Shown one piece after another: positions 10,816 to 24,200 of a DNA stretch of 64,000 nucleotides. The stretch comes from Blasia pusilla (lineage: Eukaryota). A program made the translations under genes and the position numbers. How positions within the stretch are numbered: position 1 is the stretch's first letter; each line of letters starts with the position of its first letter. Location of the stretch: assembly GCA_050084515.1 (NCBI GenBank), contig CM114271.1:26598001-26662000 (forward strand). Direction: 5' to 3'. The notes under the pieces are model-generated. The model searched no databases. It was given only the letters and a program-made list of their open reading frames with translations, and was not told the DNA's origin.

Positions 10816-12280
10816 CAAGAATACTCCAAAAATATGAAGGAGATGGATGTAGATAAGTACCAAGAGTAGCTCATTGAGAAGCACATGTGCATGGTGAAGG
10901 AAACGACCTACCTCTACCTTAAGTCTCAATACCACATTCACTCCTCAATATTAATGAAATCCTTGGTGATTCACCATCTTTGTAATGGAAGATAAAGTTC
11001 CGAGACAATGATGGTTTTTATTCGACCAATCGTTAATATACACTCACAACCAAGGCTCATATTTTGACCAAAGTGAATTGTAGGAGTATATCACATGAAA
11101 AGTACTACTCGAAAGTAATGGATGTAATTGATGGGACAACCCCTTGGGAAGGGATAGTGTTAGGAGTAATGTGCATCTCCAATTTTGAGGTTTGTGGATA
11201 ATGGCACACAATTACTAATTTTCCTTATTTTAAAGCTTATGAAGTAGCCTCCAAATGTTTTAGTGAGATATCTTTTGATCTCCTAGTACACAAATATGCA
11301 AATTCCATGTATTACAATGATTTTATATCATTACATTTCCATTTAATCTGGCATGAAATTATTAACCATATGTCGAGTGAATGTAGCCAATTGAAACACT
11401 TGTGTGGCAAAATGAGTCAATTAGTCATAAGAGGTACTCTTGCAGTTTAGCACACCAACTCATTCCATGTAGAGAGTATGATCTGTAGGTCAAAACCAAC
11501 TTATTTAACATAAAGATTTCAATTCATTATGCACTGCTTTGTCGTCTAATTTTACTTTGTTTCATGTTTCTCGTGATGGATAATGAAATAGTATGACATA
11601 AAACAATTTTATTGTTTTAACATCTAATCTACTACCTAGGATGAAGCATACAAAAAAATGTTCCGGATGTATAATTATAAATACAAAATTTATGTACCTT
11701 TTGTCGTTTAACCTTGTTTTCAGGCTTATTTCATCAAATTTTTTCAGCATTCTTCATTAGTGGGCCAATTAACGAATGTCTTATGCATAGATGGGGAATC
11801 AAAAGGGTAATTTTTGTTCACTATTTTCCATTTCTTTGGGTTCGGGGGTTTTAATAAATACCTCTTCCGCCCCCATCCCAAGTAATTTATTGACATTTGT
11901 AAGTAACTCTTCTTCTCCTTTCTATAAACACCCCTTCCTCACCAGGAAAAATCATCAATCCCCTCTCCCCCAAAATTCCCCCTCGTACACCTCGAGTCAC
12001 CTTTGCCTCCCAAATTTAACATCCACTAAGATACCAAGCCATTTTATCTCTAATTTTATACCCACAACCAAGGTGCAATTCAAAATGCTAAATACTAGTG
12101 GTGCCATGTCTAGGAAATTTATTTCTTGTTTAGGAAAACATTTGTAAATCAAGAAAGCACACTCCAATAATAATATAAATATTACTATTTCAAAATAATA
12201 CAAGTGAATAATAATATTATATTCATACAGAAAATAATCCAAAATGCCTTACAAGCAAACCTCACATACCCCTCAGTTTC

Positions 12281-15200
12281 TCAAGAATGCGGATTCCTAT
12301 CTTGCAAAACCACCATGGCTGCATTTCTTCCGGGAGCTCCCATCACTCCTCCACCCGGATGTGCTCCCGCTCCACACAGATAGAGCCCAGAAATGGGTGT
12401 TCGATAGCCGGACCTGGGGAACAGAACCACTCTCAGATCCTCTTTGGGGTGCGGGAAAATTACTGACATTCGGAGTGGAAAATTCGGGTCAAGCTCTATG
12501 GTCAATATTTTGTTTCGAGAGGAAAGCGTCTTCGCCGAGCTGCAAAAGAGTCCCCGTAGCTGAATTCAACGATTAATTTAGAGAGCAGACGGATGCGTCC
12601 TAGCGTGGGTATTCAGCAGAGATCGTAGCTCACCATCCTTTAATGGGGCGAAGAAGAAAAAGAGCATCCAATCCCATAGCGCCATGAAAGATGTTGCCGC
12701 CTATACAACACGAAGACAAATCAGGTTTCCGGAGTACGATAACCATTAAGCCCGGACCACTGACTTTGGAAAAGAGAGCAAATGAGAACATGACTCGAAG
12801 CTGTGAGAACATATTGTGCAAACTTCTTCTCATTAAACCGTGCTTGCCATAGCCTCGACGTGTAGACCCTGCATGCCCCTTGTTTGGACTCTCAGGGACG
12901 TGGTGCACACACCAGTAATTTCACTCGTTACATGCCAAGCATTGCATTGCTCCATGTGAAAGGTTTGTCTGATGAGACAAGCGAAGGGCAGAGCACTTAG
13001 AAGGAGACATGGGTTTACAGACAAAATGTGGACGCTCGCTCTTGTGATCCACACAAGCGGGTAGACAGCAAGAGAACACTCCGTTCAACAGGCGTAACGC
13101 TCATTGGAAATGAGCGTCTGTCGTCCTACGACATCTACGACATCTGTCCTCCCACTCGCAATACATTTCGAGACGTAAACCACTAACAGTCAACAGGGGA
13201 ACCTAACATCCGACAATTAAATGCCCATTTTAATTTGAAGCTACCTGGATCACAACGATACGGACAAAAGATCCCACCCCCCCACAATGACATGAACTGA
13301 TTGAGAGCAATCGCTCGGGAGCCCAGAAAAGAATCGTACCTGTTAAGCCAAATACGCTTTCCAGATCAGGAGGAGTGAGGATCTCATAGCCTACAACTGT
13401 TGAGCTAAACCCTGGGGCATACTCATCCACTAATGAAAAGCATCTCTTCGCGAAAGCCTCCTGAAAAAAGAAATGTGTCAGATTTCACAGAAGCGTCTTG
13501 TTGAAGGCTATTCGCCAGCGTAGAGATCATCATTCTTCTCACCAACCAGGAGGTACAGAGCTCATCGGAAATCCTCTAAAACGCTTCACATTTTTCCTTA
13601 CATTTTAAATTAGTCGTCCAGAGACGAATTAGTGAGCTGAATTAATGTCTACTGGAACTCAAGAGGGCTATGGCACAGCAAGTCAAAGTCTTCAAATATC
13701 TGATCGTGCATTTATTGAAGGAAGTACAACCATCCAAGTCTACATTGCTAATCCACAATTAAGACATATCCCCCATATCTTTATTTTCTTTATTTGTCAT
13801 AAGAAGCAGACAGCTTTGGACGGAGCCGCAGTCAATTGTGACTTACAAGCATTTCCCAGCATAGGCTGTATACTGACCTGTTCTAGAAGCGAGCGTGTAT
13901 TCAACCAAATTGGAGAAAATGAGCTGTAAGGCATGTGACAACGATACTCCGACATCCTATCATACTCCTTTAGGCCATCGTGTTTGGGTACAGAGTGCAA
14001 GAGAACAAATTCTTTAAGGAATCCGGACCGATACAGCCACAAGCATTCTTTAGGGGAGTGGCTTTGAAGAAAACTGTAAACGGATTCAAGGATGAGCTAG
14101 GGTAAGAATTGTACAAAAAGGTGATTGCCTTAGATTTTCTAATCCTGTTGAGATTAAAGTGAACTCACTTTCGTATCTTGGTCCTTCCAACTTCCTTCTG
14201 CAAGATGATAAGGTGTAAACTGCACAAACATATTTATAACATGCTTTCCTGAACATTCCACAGCCGTTGCAGGTTACATATTTAAGATAACCGAAAAGTT
14301 CATATACTGGTGACGTAGAAAACACATAGAGGATTGCCGTCTGAAAAGTCACAAATGAGAAGGTAGAAGATATTTCCTTCTGAGAATAATTACCTGAGAA
14401 CCAGCTACAGCATCTGTCTCACTATACTGAAGGTAGCAGTAACCTGTGACTTGAGGATTCTTTCCAAAGCTGGGCCATCAATCTGACAAAATGTTGTTCA
14501 TTACCTGGGGGCGATATGGTATTGTCCACTGACGATGGAATGGTCATTTCAATCAGAGGCCTACTTGATGGCTGTCCATTTATCGCATCCCGGTATGCAA
14601 CATCGATTTCCTCCATACTGCACTCAAGATCAGTAGAACCGAACATCAGAGAGATCGAACAAGATATCGCCAATGGTCAATCCCTGCCTGCCTGGGTGGA
14701 TATCTCTTCGCCCTGCTATCTATCCAAGAATCCTTCAAAGTCTTGAAAAAGGACATCTGATAGGATTACTTCTCCTGGAACTGTATATAGCATGTCTCTC
14801 CTCTTAGGCAGCTCCTAATTGACACAGCACTGACGACTCCCAACTGGAAACCTTGAAAACTACATAGAAAATGATATTTTTCACTGCACAATACTTCAAA
14901 GAAGTAGGGAACAACTTTATTTACTAATTTGAATGTTCAGGTGTTCATTACAAAACTGGTTGTTCATGGTCTTGTCTGTTCATCTCATGTGGATAGGTGA
15001 CGAGAATTTAAGAAGGTAACGCAAAACTCCACTCATCCAAGAGCATCTACCACCAAAAAGGTGAGTGAATTCCTACGAATTCAGCAGCTCTTTACCCTTC
15101 TAACATTAACCTTACTCATACTGCAAAGTACTCAACAGAGAATCACATTTCCAAGAACAAAACCTTACCTATCTGCACCAATGTGAATGGTTCCTTGATG

Positions 15201-18200
15201 TTCTGGTCCGAGACCACTTCCAGAACTCTTGCATGCAGAAAAATGAGGCAATTTATCCACAGCCACATTGATTTTGGTAGTTCCCTGAGTAGTTCAAAAG
15301 CGTTGATCACGTGTCATGGGCACTCCCTGCAATATTTCCTTCTACTGTAAAAGAGCTTTGAAGACAATGAGCCACTTGTTTCCGCCAGGCCCACACTTGA
15401 CTGCTGCCAGCTAGTGCCACCTGCTCGACTTGGATAAACCAAGCTACTCTTAACTTGTCACAACATGTCATCAAGAAGAAATGACACGAGAGGTCATGAT
15501 AAGACGTACAGATGGCATGGGAAAAATATAGATTGCAGAAGTAGAAGAACAAAATGTAACTGTTCTACAACGCTGAAGGTCACTTCAGGCATCATTTCCA
15601 TCCGCATGAAATGGTCTTCAATAACTTAGACCATGAAAGGATCACGCTTTGAGAGGATTCTTATTGATCAAAGTTTGAGAGAGAGGGAAATTTAGGCATC
15701 CAGAGGTCCCAAAGAAATGGGAACATACTGATTTGTAGTCAATTGACTTCATTCCACTCACAAAATCATTGCCAAGAGCACCCGGAGGCATAAGTTTCTG
15801 CAAAAAAGCACGACAACCTCTTCGATGTGAAGTTTTACGGGGTAAGTACATTGAAGGTCATTAAGTTCCCCAAGAAATGAGACCAGCTTGTTCAACACAA
15901 CAATACACAAAATTGACTTACCAGAAATGTGACGTCTGGTGTGGCGTTCGACAGAATTTGGCTCCCGCCAATTTCTGTTCCATCCATTAGAAGGACCTGT
16001 CCAGAATCTATCTCAGAAATTCGATGTAACTGGGCTGAGGCGCATCATATCTCATCTTAACTCCATCATACTTAAGAATCATAGCATAGAATCAAAAGAT
16101 CAAAGAGAGCATATCCTGTAATATTAACCACACCAAGCCATCCTTTCCTGGCTATGGAGGACAATCTACGTTTAAAAAATTAGTGAGAAGGAGAGCCTAG
16201 TCAGGCAACCCGAAGAAACAAGGCCAATGTGCTGGATATCCTCAATTCAATAGGACTACGACAGCAATCCTGAACACCACTAAAGGATACCTCCATCAAA
16301 GTATATTTAGTGAGATGGAATCTATGGTTAGGATGTCTGTTGTGCACCATCTTGTCGCTGTTTCAGAAATCCCTATATTCTTGGCAACCTTAGACACAAG
16401 AAATCGTGAATTCATCCATTTTCTGTCCAATTCTTCGCCCCATGATGGTGAGAAAATACCGTACCCCTTTCACCATTGTGCTGATGCCCTGAGTTTCTGA
16501 TACCTCGTCAACCAGGAATTGCTTGATCTGCGGTCAAGGATTGAAATTTGCAAGTATCAAGCTCCGACTGTTTTACTTCAAACATTGTACGCTTACAGAG
16601 AAATCACTGGACATATAAACCACATTGTACATAAATGCATTATCATTGTACATTATTTGGTAGTCCTTGTTTTGTAGGGTTGGAAATTAATTAGTACAGC
16701 GAAACAAATCGGCAGATTGCTGATTGATAGTAGTCGATCTAAACATTGATCACACAGATCAACCCATACGGACGATCTAGATTAGATTAGGATCAATGTT
16801 CCGCTTATGACCATTGATTACTGCTAGTAACGTTTCAACTTGCGAAACGATACATAGCTCTGAGACATTTCTGAAGTGACACGGTTACCGTCACGTCTTT
16901 TGATTACGGCTCTTAGTTTAGCGCAGACTTTACTACTTATGTATCGGCTTTCAATCTATCAACATAGAGAACACAGAGAGTACAACCGCATTTTTCAAGT
17001 CATTCCGCAATTCTCACATGGTATCAGAGCCTGGTCGCTAGTCACTACTTTTACGGTTTTCAAGAAAGGATTGGAATTTGAGGGACGCTTCAACATACCT
17101 AGAGTAGAGGGGACACCTTCTGCTCAAACGCCTTTCTCGTTTCTGTTTCCTAGGTGGCTGCAGACTTCAGATTCTTACGAATTCGAAGTCCTTGACCCTT
17201 TTCTGTCACTTTCATCAATTCACAATGGTGAATACTAACATGTTCCTCAAGATCGACGACATCCGGAAATTTTACGGGACCTATTTCTATATTTGGCGAT
17301 TACGCATTAGATTGTACCTCGATGCCGAAGATCTTGCAGGCATCGTAGAAGGTATAACTCCAAAGCCAGCAGCGGCTACCGCTCCTGCCACCGGCGTTGG
17401 GAGTGTCCACGAATGGGAGATTCTCAACCGAATTGCCTCATCTTTCATAGCGAATCTTTGAGACAATTCGCAAGTTCATCATATCAGTTCCGCTACGACA
17501 GCAGCGGAAGCCTGGACGAAATTAGATTCTTTATACCAAGCCCAGGACGCTGTCACAAAAATGTATCTGCAAGATGAATTGCAGACTCTTAAGATGAGAG
17601 AAGGCGATAGCGTTACCAAACATGTCCATCAATTTAGGACATTAATTGATCAACTCCACGCTGTTGGAATGGTGACTACTGAAGAAAATCAGTATATTGC
17701 ATTGATGCATCAATGCCCAACAATTACCGCAATTTATTGCGAGGTCAGAGTAACCTCACTTTGCAATCTGTGATCACTTTCCTTCTTAGGGAGGAGAAAA
17801 TGATGAAGACGCAGACTGCTGAACCGTCCTCAGCTCTCTTTGTTGGACGAGGTTCTGCCCCTTTTCAATCGAAGTCCAAATTCGGCAATTCGAGGCAAGG
17901 CGGCTCGTTCAGAGGTTACGGTCGAGGCAAAGCTCCTCAGAAAGGCTTTGGTCCTTTCAAATCAGGATTTGTTCCTGCTTCTATGACGATTCCACATGGC
18001 GAATCGTCCAATCATCAAGCTGATTGGCAGGCTTCATCCTCCAATCAGCAGAACACTTATAAGAAAATGAAGTGTTTCTACTGCAATTTGCAGGGGCATC
18101 ATATTAAAGATTTCCAAAAACGTCTTGCAGTCCAGACTTTCTGCTCCTAAAGCCAATTTTACGTCTCATCTCTTCTTTACCGTCGCCTATTCGATTTCAG

Positions 18201-21200
18201 CTTCCGGAATTCAAGATAACACATGGTATCTTGATACAGGTGCTACGCATCATATGGCCTTCTCCATTGATTATTTTTCGGATTACACTCCTTATGAAAA
18301 ATGGTCGTATGTTTTTCTGGGTGATAATTCCTGTCTGGAGATCAGAGGCTCTGGTCAAGTAGAGATCCTTCTGACTAACGGTACTCGACACTTTCTTCAG
18401 AATGCCCTATATATACCAAACTTGAAGAAAAATCTTTCTCAGTCAAGCAACTAGACACGTCAGGAGGATCTACCTTGATTCATAAGGGACAGTGCGTACG
18501 CCGTGACTCTACAGACCAAATCATGACAACGTGTTTCTTAATCGATGATTTGTACAAACTCGGAGAAGCTGTTCTTCCACCCTCCCGATCTTCTATCATT
18601 TCAGCTGCTACTGTGGTTCTTCCTACGATTGCTGATCTGTGGCATCACGGTTTGGGACACATTAGTGCTGCTCGGATTTCTCAACTATTACAACAGCAAA
18701 TGGCTGGCGGTCTTCCAACGCATAGTCCCTCGCAGCTTTCTTCGTGTCGAGCCTGCCTACACGGCAAGCAGACCCACAAACCTTTTTCTAATAAGATTCC
18801 AGTCTATAGAGCCCTCAATGTTTTAGAATTAATCCATACTGACATTTGTGGGCCTATTTCTCCCCCTACTCATTTGGGTTTTCTCTATTTCATGGTTTTT
18901 ATTGACGATTTCTCCCGGTATACTACTGTTTACCTCCTCCATTACAAATCCGAAGCGTTTTCCCGTTTCACTCAATTTGTGGCTAATGTAGAGACTCAGC
19001 ATCAACCTCGACACATTCAGACATTGCGATCTGACAATGGTGGTGAATATAAGTCATCTGCTTTCTTAGACTTCTGCCATTCTCGAGGAATCTCCAGGCA
19101 GTTCACTGTTCCCCACACACCACAGCAAAATGGTGTTTCAGAATGTAAGAACAGAACTCTTAGAAACAAATGTACGTTCTATGCTTTTCCATTCCGCTCT
19201 CCCCAAGACTTATTGGGGTGAAGCATTGGTCACTGCCAATTATTTGCAAAATCGTCTTCCGAGCAAAGCATTGCCACTGTCCAAAACACCATATGAGTTA
19301 TGGTTTAATCGTAAACCTGTGTTATCTCATCTTCGTATTTTTGGAAGTCCTGCATTTGCTAAAATCAATGATCCTCATTCAAAGCTGGATTTTCGCACTG
19401 AGGAATGCATTTTCCTTGGTTACAGTGACCAAAGCAAAGCCCTGCGTCTCGAGAGGCTGAGAGACAAAACTATCATTCTCTCCCGTGATGCTGTAGTTCT
19501 TGAAGATCAGACTGCTCAGACCACTCCGTCGTTCAATTCTTCTGATGCAGAAGATCTGGCTATCAGATCTGATCCTCTATTTTTCCGCTCATCCCCTAAT
19601 CCTCAAACTTCCTTGCCTATTCCTGCTACCTCCCCGATTATTCCCTCAGTGGGAGCTCCCTCTCCTTCCATGTCTTCTTCAGTGGGAGTTAACCCTCTTT
19701 CAAGTCCGCCACAGCCAGAGGATATGCCTTCACCAACGGTCTCTTCCACTGCACACCCCATACCTGGTCATGGGCGTACCCATCTTTACTATGAAAGAAG
19801 ACAACGAGCTCCTACTCCTCCTCTTGCTCAAAGAAAAAGTCCTCGCATTACTCGGGCTGTTGAGCGTTACGATGCACTTATTGAAGCTGAGAAGAACAAG
19901 AAGTGAGCTGCAGAGAAGTGTTGGGCCTTGCTCTCTTCAACCAGTTCTTTTCTCGAACCCCAATCTTATGAAGAGGCTATCTCTGGACCTGATATTTCAC
20001 ATTGGAAGGCTGCCATTTCTGCTGAACTTAAGAATATGGCTCGAATGAAGGCTTGGACGATAGTTCCCCTTCCTCCTAATCAAAGCACAGTCGGATGCCG
20101 TTGGGTTTTTTAAATCAAACCTAATGTGGATGGCACGATCCACAAGTACAAAGCCCGACTTGTTGCTAAAGGATTTACTCAAGTTCCTGATCTTGATTAC
20201 GAAGAGACTTTTTCTCCTACGGTTAAGCTTCAATCTCTTCGTATTCTTATTACTATCGCTGCTTATTTCAATCTGGATTTACATCAAATAGATGTAATCG
20301 CGGCTTTTCTATATGGGTTCTTGCAACACAGGATCTACATGGCTCTTCCTCCCGGCTTGCCAGTTCCAAATAATAACTTGGTCTGCCTTCTAGGAAGATC
20401 CATTTATGGTTTGAAGCAATCAGCCCGTATGTGGTATGAAAGATGTCACTATGTTTTACTTCACATTGGTTTTGTCAGCACCACTGCTGACTCTAATACT
20501 TACATTCTAACCAGGGACTCCAATTTTCTTATCCTTGCTCTCTACGTGGATGATACTGTCATTACCAGCTCCAGTTCTGCATTGCTTCATTTTGTCAAAA
20601 GCAAGCTCCGCCAAGAGTTTGAAATGACTGACCTCGGTGAGGCTTATCATGTTCTGGGAATGCATATCCAGCGAGACCGGCAACAAGGATGGATCCGGCT
20701 CAACCAGACGACTTACATCACCAACAAACTCAAACAGTTCAATATGCTGGGCTGCAAACCTATCTCCACCCCCTTTGATTCTGGCCTTCATCTTAGTCAA
20801 GATCAATCTCCTGTTGATCCTGCTGACATTGCAGCAATGTCTTCTATTCCTTATAAAAGTGCTACGGGCAGTTTAATGTGGGCAATGGTGTGCACTCGCC
20901 CCGATATTGCCTATTCTGTTAGCACTGTTGCACAGTTCATGACCAATCCTGGTCCTATACACTGGACTGCTGTCAAACGTATTTTCAGGTATCTCCAAGG
21001 GACAAAACATTACTTTCTCCAATATCGGCGCTCATCTACTCCTTTTCATCTTCAAGGATATTCTGATGCTGCCTATGGAGACAATATCGACTCCAGAAAA
21101 TCTACTAGCGGATTTTGCTTTCTCCTTGCAGGAGGAGCAGTTAGCTGGGCAAGTAGAAAACAAAAGTCAGTTGACCTTTCCAGTACCGAGTCTGAGTACA

Positions 21201-24200
21201 TTGCAATGACTAAAACTAGCACTGAAGCTATTTGGATCAGAAGATTACTGTACGAAATTGGTTTTGCTCAGAAGATGACTGAGATCTTCTGTGAGAACCA
21301 GTGCTATTGCTTTGGTCAGTTCTACAAAACATCATGACCGCACCAAACACATCGACATTCAATACCACTATATAAAAGATCAAGTATCAAGTGGCGAAAT
21401 TATTTTGACCTATATTTCAACTGCAGAGATGACTGCAGACATTTTTACTAAGGGTTTACAGAAAGGACCTCATCAGAAACATACTAAATCTCTAGGTTTA
21501 ACTAGTAATGAAAATGGCTGATTTGTTCCCCTGAGTGGGAATGTTGGAAATTAATTAGTACAGCGAAACAAATCAGCAGATTGCTGATTGATAGTTGTCG
21601 ATCTAAACATTGACACACGGATCAACCCATACGGACGGTCTAGATTAGATTAGGATCAATGTTCTGCTTATGACCATTGATTACTGCTAGTAACGTTTCA
21701 TCTTGCGAAACGATACATAGCTATGAGACATTTCTGAAGTGACACAGTTACCGTCACGTCTTTTGATTACAGCTCTTAGTTTAGCGCATACTTTACTACT
21801 TATGTATCGGCTTTCAATCTATCAACATAGAGAACACAGAGAGTACAAACGCATTTTTCAATTCATTCCGCAATTCTCACATGTAGCTAGATCAAGTCCA
21901 CTTGATAAGTTTTCTCGTTACATGTTTTGAAATAACACATATTGATCTTAATAATATTGCAATGACCAAAGTGTCACCTGCACAGAGCAGTAATAATTGA
22001 AGATTCATAAATGATCTGTGTTTGGTTTCTACAAAACTCACGAAAGACCTTGAGGAATTTTAGAACTGGACATTTGTTCTGAGAGGTGGCTCTTTTCAGA
22101 TGAAAGATTGCAGACAGGCTATTCCATTTTGTTAGCATTTCATCTGCAGGTGATCATTTTCTTTCTGGGATGTTGAAGAAGAAGGCACTATCTAGAAGAA
22201 TCCTACATTGAATTGTTGAGAAGGATACTCTCCAAGAAATGAGAATCTTGATCTAGTTTAGCACCTTTCACATTTTAAGCTTGGGAATCCTATAAGATGT
22301 TGACTGTGCACATTAACTCATGTACAGTAGAAATATAGCTTGCTCATAGAAGTGGCAAAGAGATCCGAGTCCCAAAATAGGAAAACCAAGTCCTGCAAGG
22401 TCATAAGCAATGAAAGAAACTCTGGAAATGGTCTGCACCACTCCATGCACTTTTAGTGTCAGGTAATACCCATCAGTTACCCTTCAAGTGGAGACATATC
22501 ACAAAACGACCCTAATGTTCTAAACTCTCAATCTGTGGTAGTGTATATTGGCAGTGGATGTCAACATAAGGCAGAGTAATGCCTAAGTAATCCGTTAATC
22601 AGGATGTGGTAAAAAACATTCACATCCTAAAGTTCCTTGTTGAAAATGAGCCTCTCCAAGATCCTTCAATTTTTTATGGCCACAGCCATCAAACAATCCA
22701 ACGCACAAATTATCATTCCTATTCAGGCTCATAACCTGTTAGAAATGGAGGATAAGATCGAAAGAATATGATAAGTACTCTGAAATATAATTCGCTTACA
22801 GGAAGTAGGAAGCAGGCCAGTACTGCATGAGTCACTAATGACGTAGCAGCAGTGCAAGTTTAAGACCGTGTGAATCCTCAGTTCCATCAGAGACAGGTCA
22901 ACCTAGAGCTATCTAACCAGAATTAATAGCTGCATCTTAACAAGTTTATGTGTAACACTTTTATAAGACAGCATATTTCAGACCCATACTGAAGTATGAG
23001 CTTGTACAATACTATGTTTGGCATGTATACTTAGAGATGGTCCAAAACAAGGGGCAAAGGCAAACAGTCCGAGTATGGTTGCCAAGTATATGAAAATATC
23101 CTCCAGAAAGCCTTGCTAGAGAGTTGCCCAAAATCCAAATCTCTCCCCAAAGCCTTTTAATAACTCAGGTATTTCCTTGATAAGGCTGAATTGGAGTGAA
23201 ATCTAGGGAAGCCCAGCTTCATGGACTCTCTCGACAAGAGGAAGAAAGGATGTACCTCTGCGTTGGTGACTAGAGTTGCCCCTGCTTCATGTGCCGCTCG
23301 AGCTATCGCCAAGGAGACGCTCCCCATTCCTCCCTCTACATATCTGGTACATGCGGGACCACCTCAAAATCCCATCATCATTAGCTATCTATATTACAAT
23401 TGAAGGAAGGGAATTTCTTCTATGGAGTAAATTTGTCTCGAGAAGGAAATATCAGATAGCATCTTACCTTTTTTGTCACTCAATCTGTGAGTGTAAATCC
23501 AATTTTCCGAACCATTAAAATTGACAATTTTTGTTTAATTAGATGTCATTGCTAGAAGGATGGCGGTACCATGCTACTAGTGAGGATGCCTATGCCATAC
23601 CCATGTATGCTTGATATTAGTTTACTAAGTCAGAATAGGTTTTAGAGTTGTCAAGTTTATGCCAAACATGCAAATTTGGCCGTTTTTCTTAGATTCAGTA
23701 CTACACCTAAGTGTGACCATACATAAAGCCTCAAACTCGTATGCCTCTGCAACAGTGGCAGCAGAAACCAGCACTGCACAAAGGGACCATTCTACGCGAT
23801 CAAGTGTCCGGTAATCTTTCAATATGAGGGTCTTGTGGTTTGTGGGTTATCCATGAAAAAATTAGCTGTCACAGGAAACTTGAGACACTTTTAACACAAC
23901 CTTGAAATACTTTCTGAGCATCACAGTTTCTTCCCACAATGGAAGATCTTTAAGAGAAAAAACACTTGTGTGGGCTTCCACATTTAATATCAGATAAGTA
24001 CACTCGATCGGTTAACACACCAAAATCACCCTCCCTCCTCGAGTGTCACGAATAGGAAGGAACTACATTAAAGTTTTGAACCAGTACTTGTCTCTGTTTT
24101 CTAGTAGCAAAATGGCTGAATGACGTAAACAATGAATTCATGAGGGTCTTCAAATATTTTCACCAGCACAGATAACTGATCGAGCTTGTCCATGATATTT

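Noticed and set aside
16876-17238. ORF duplicated at 21739-21930
   Set aside because: Chance frames within the two Copia LTRs.
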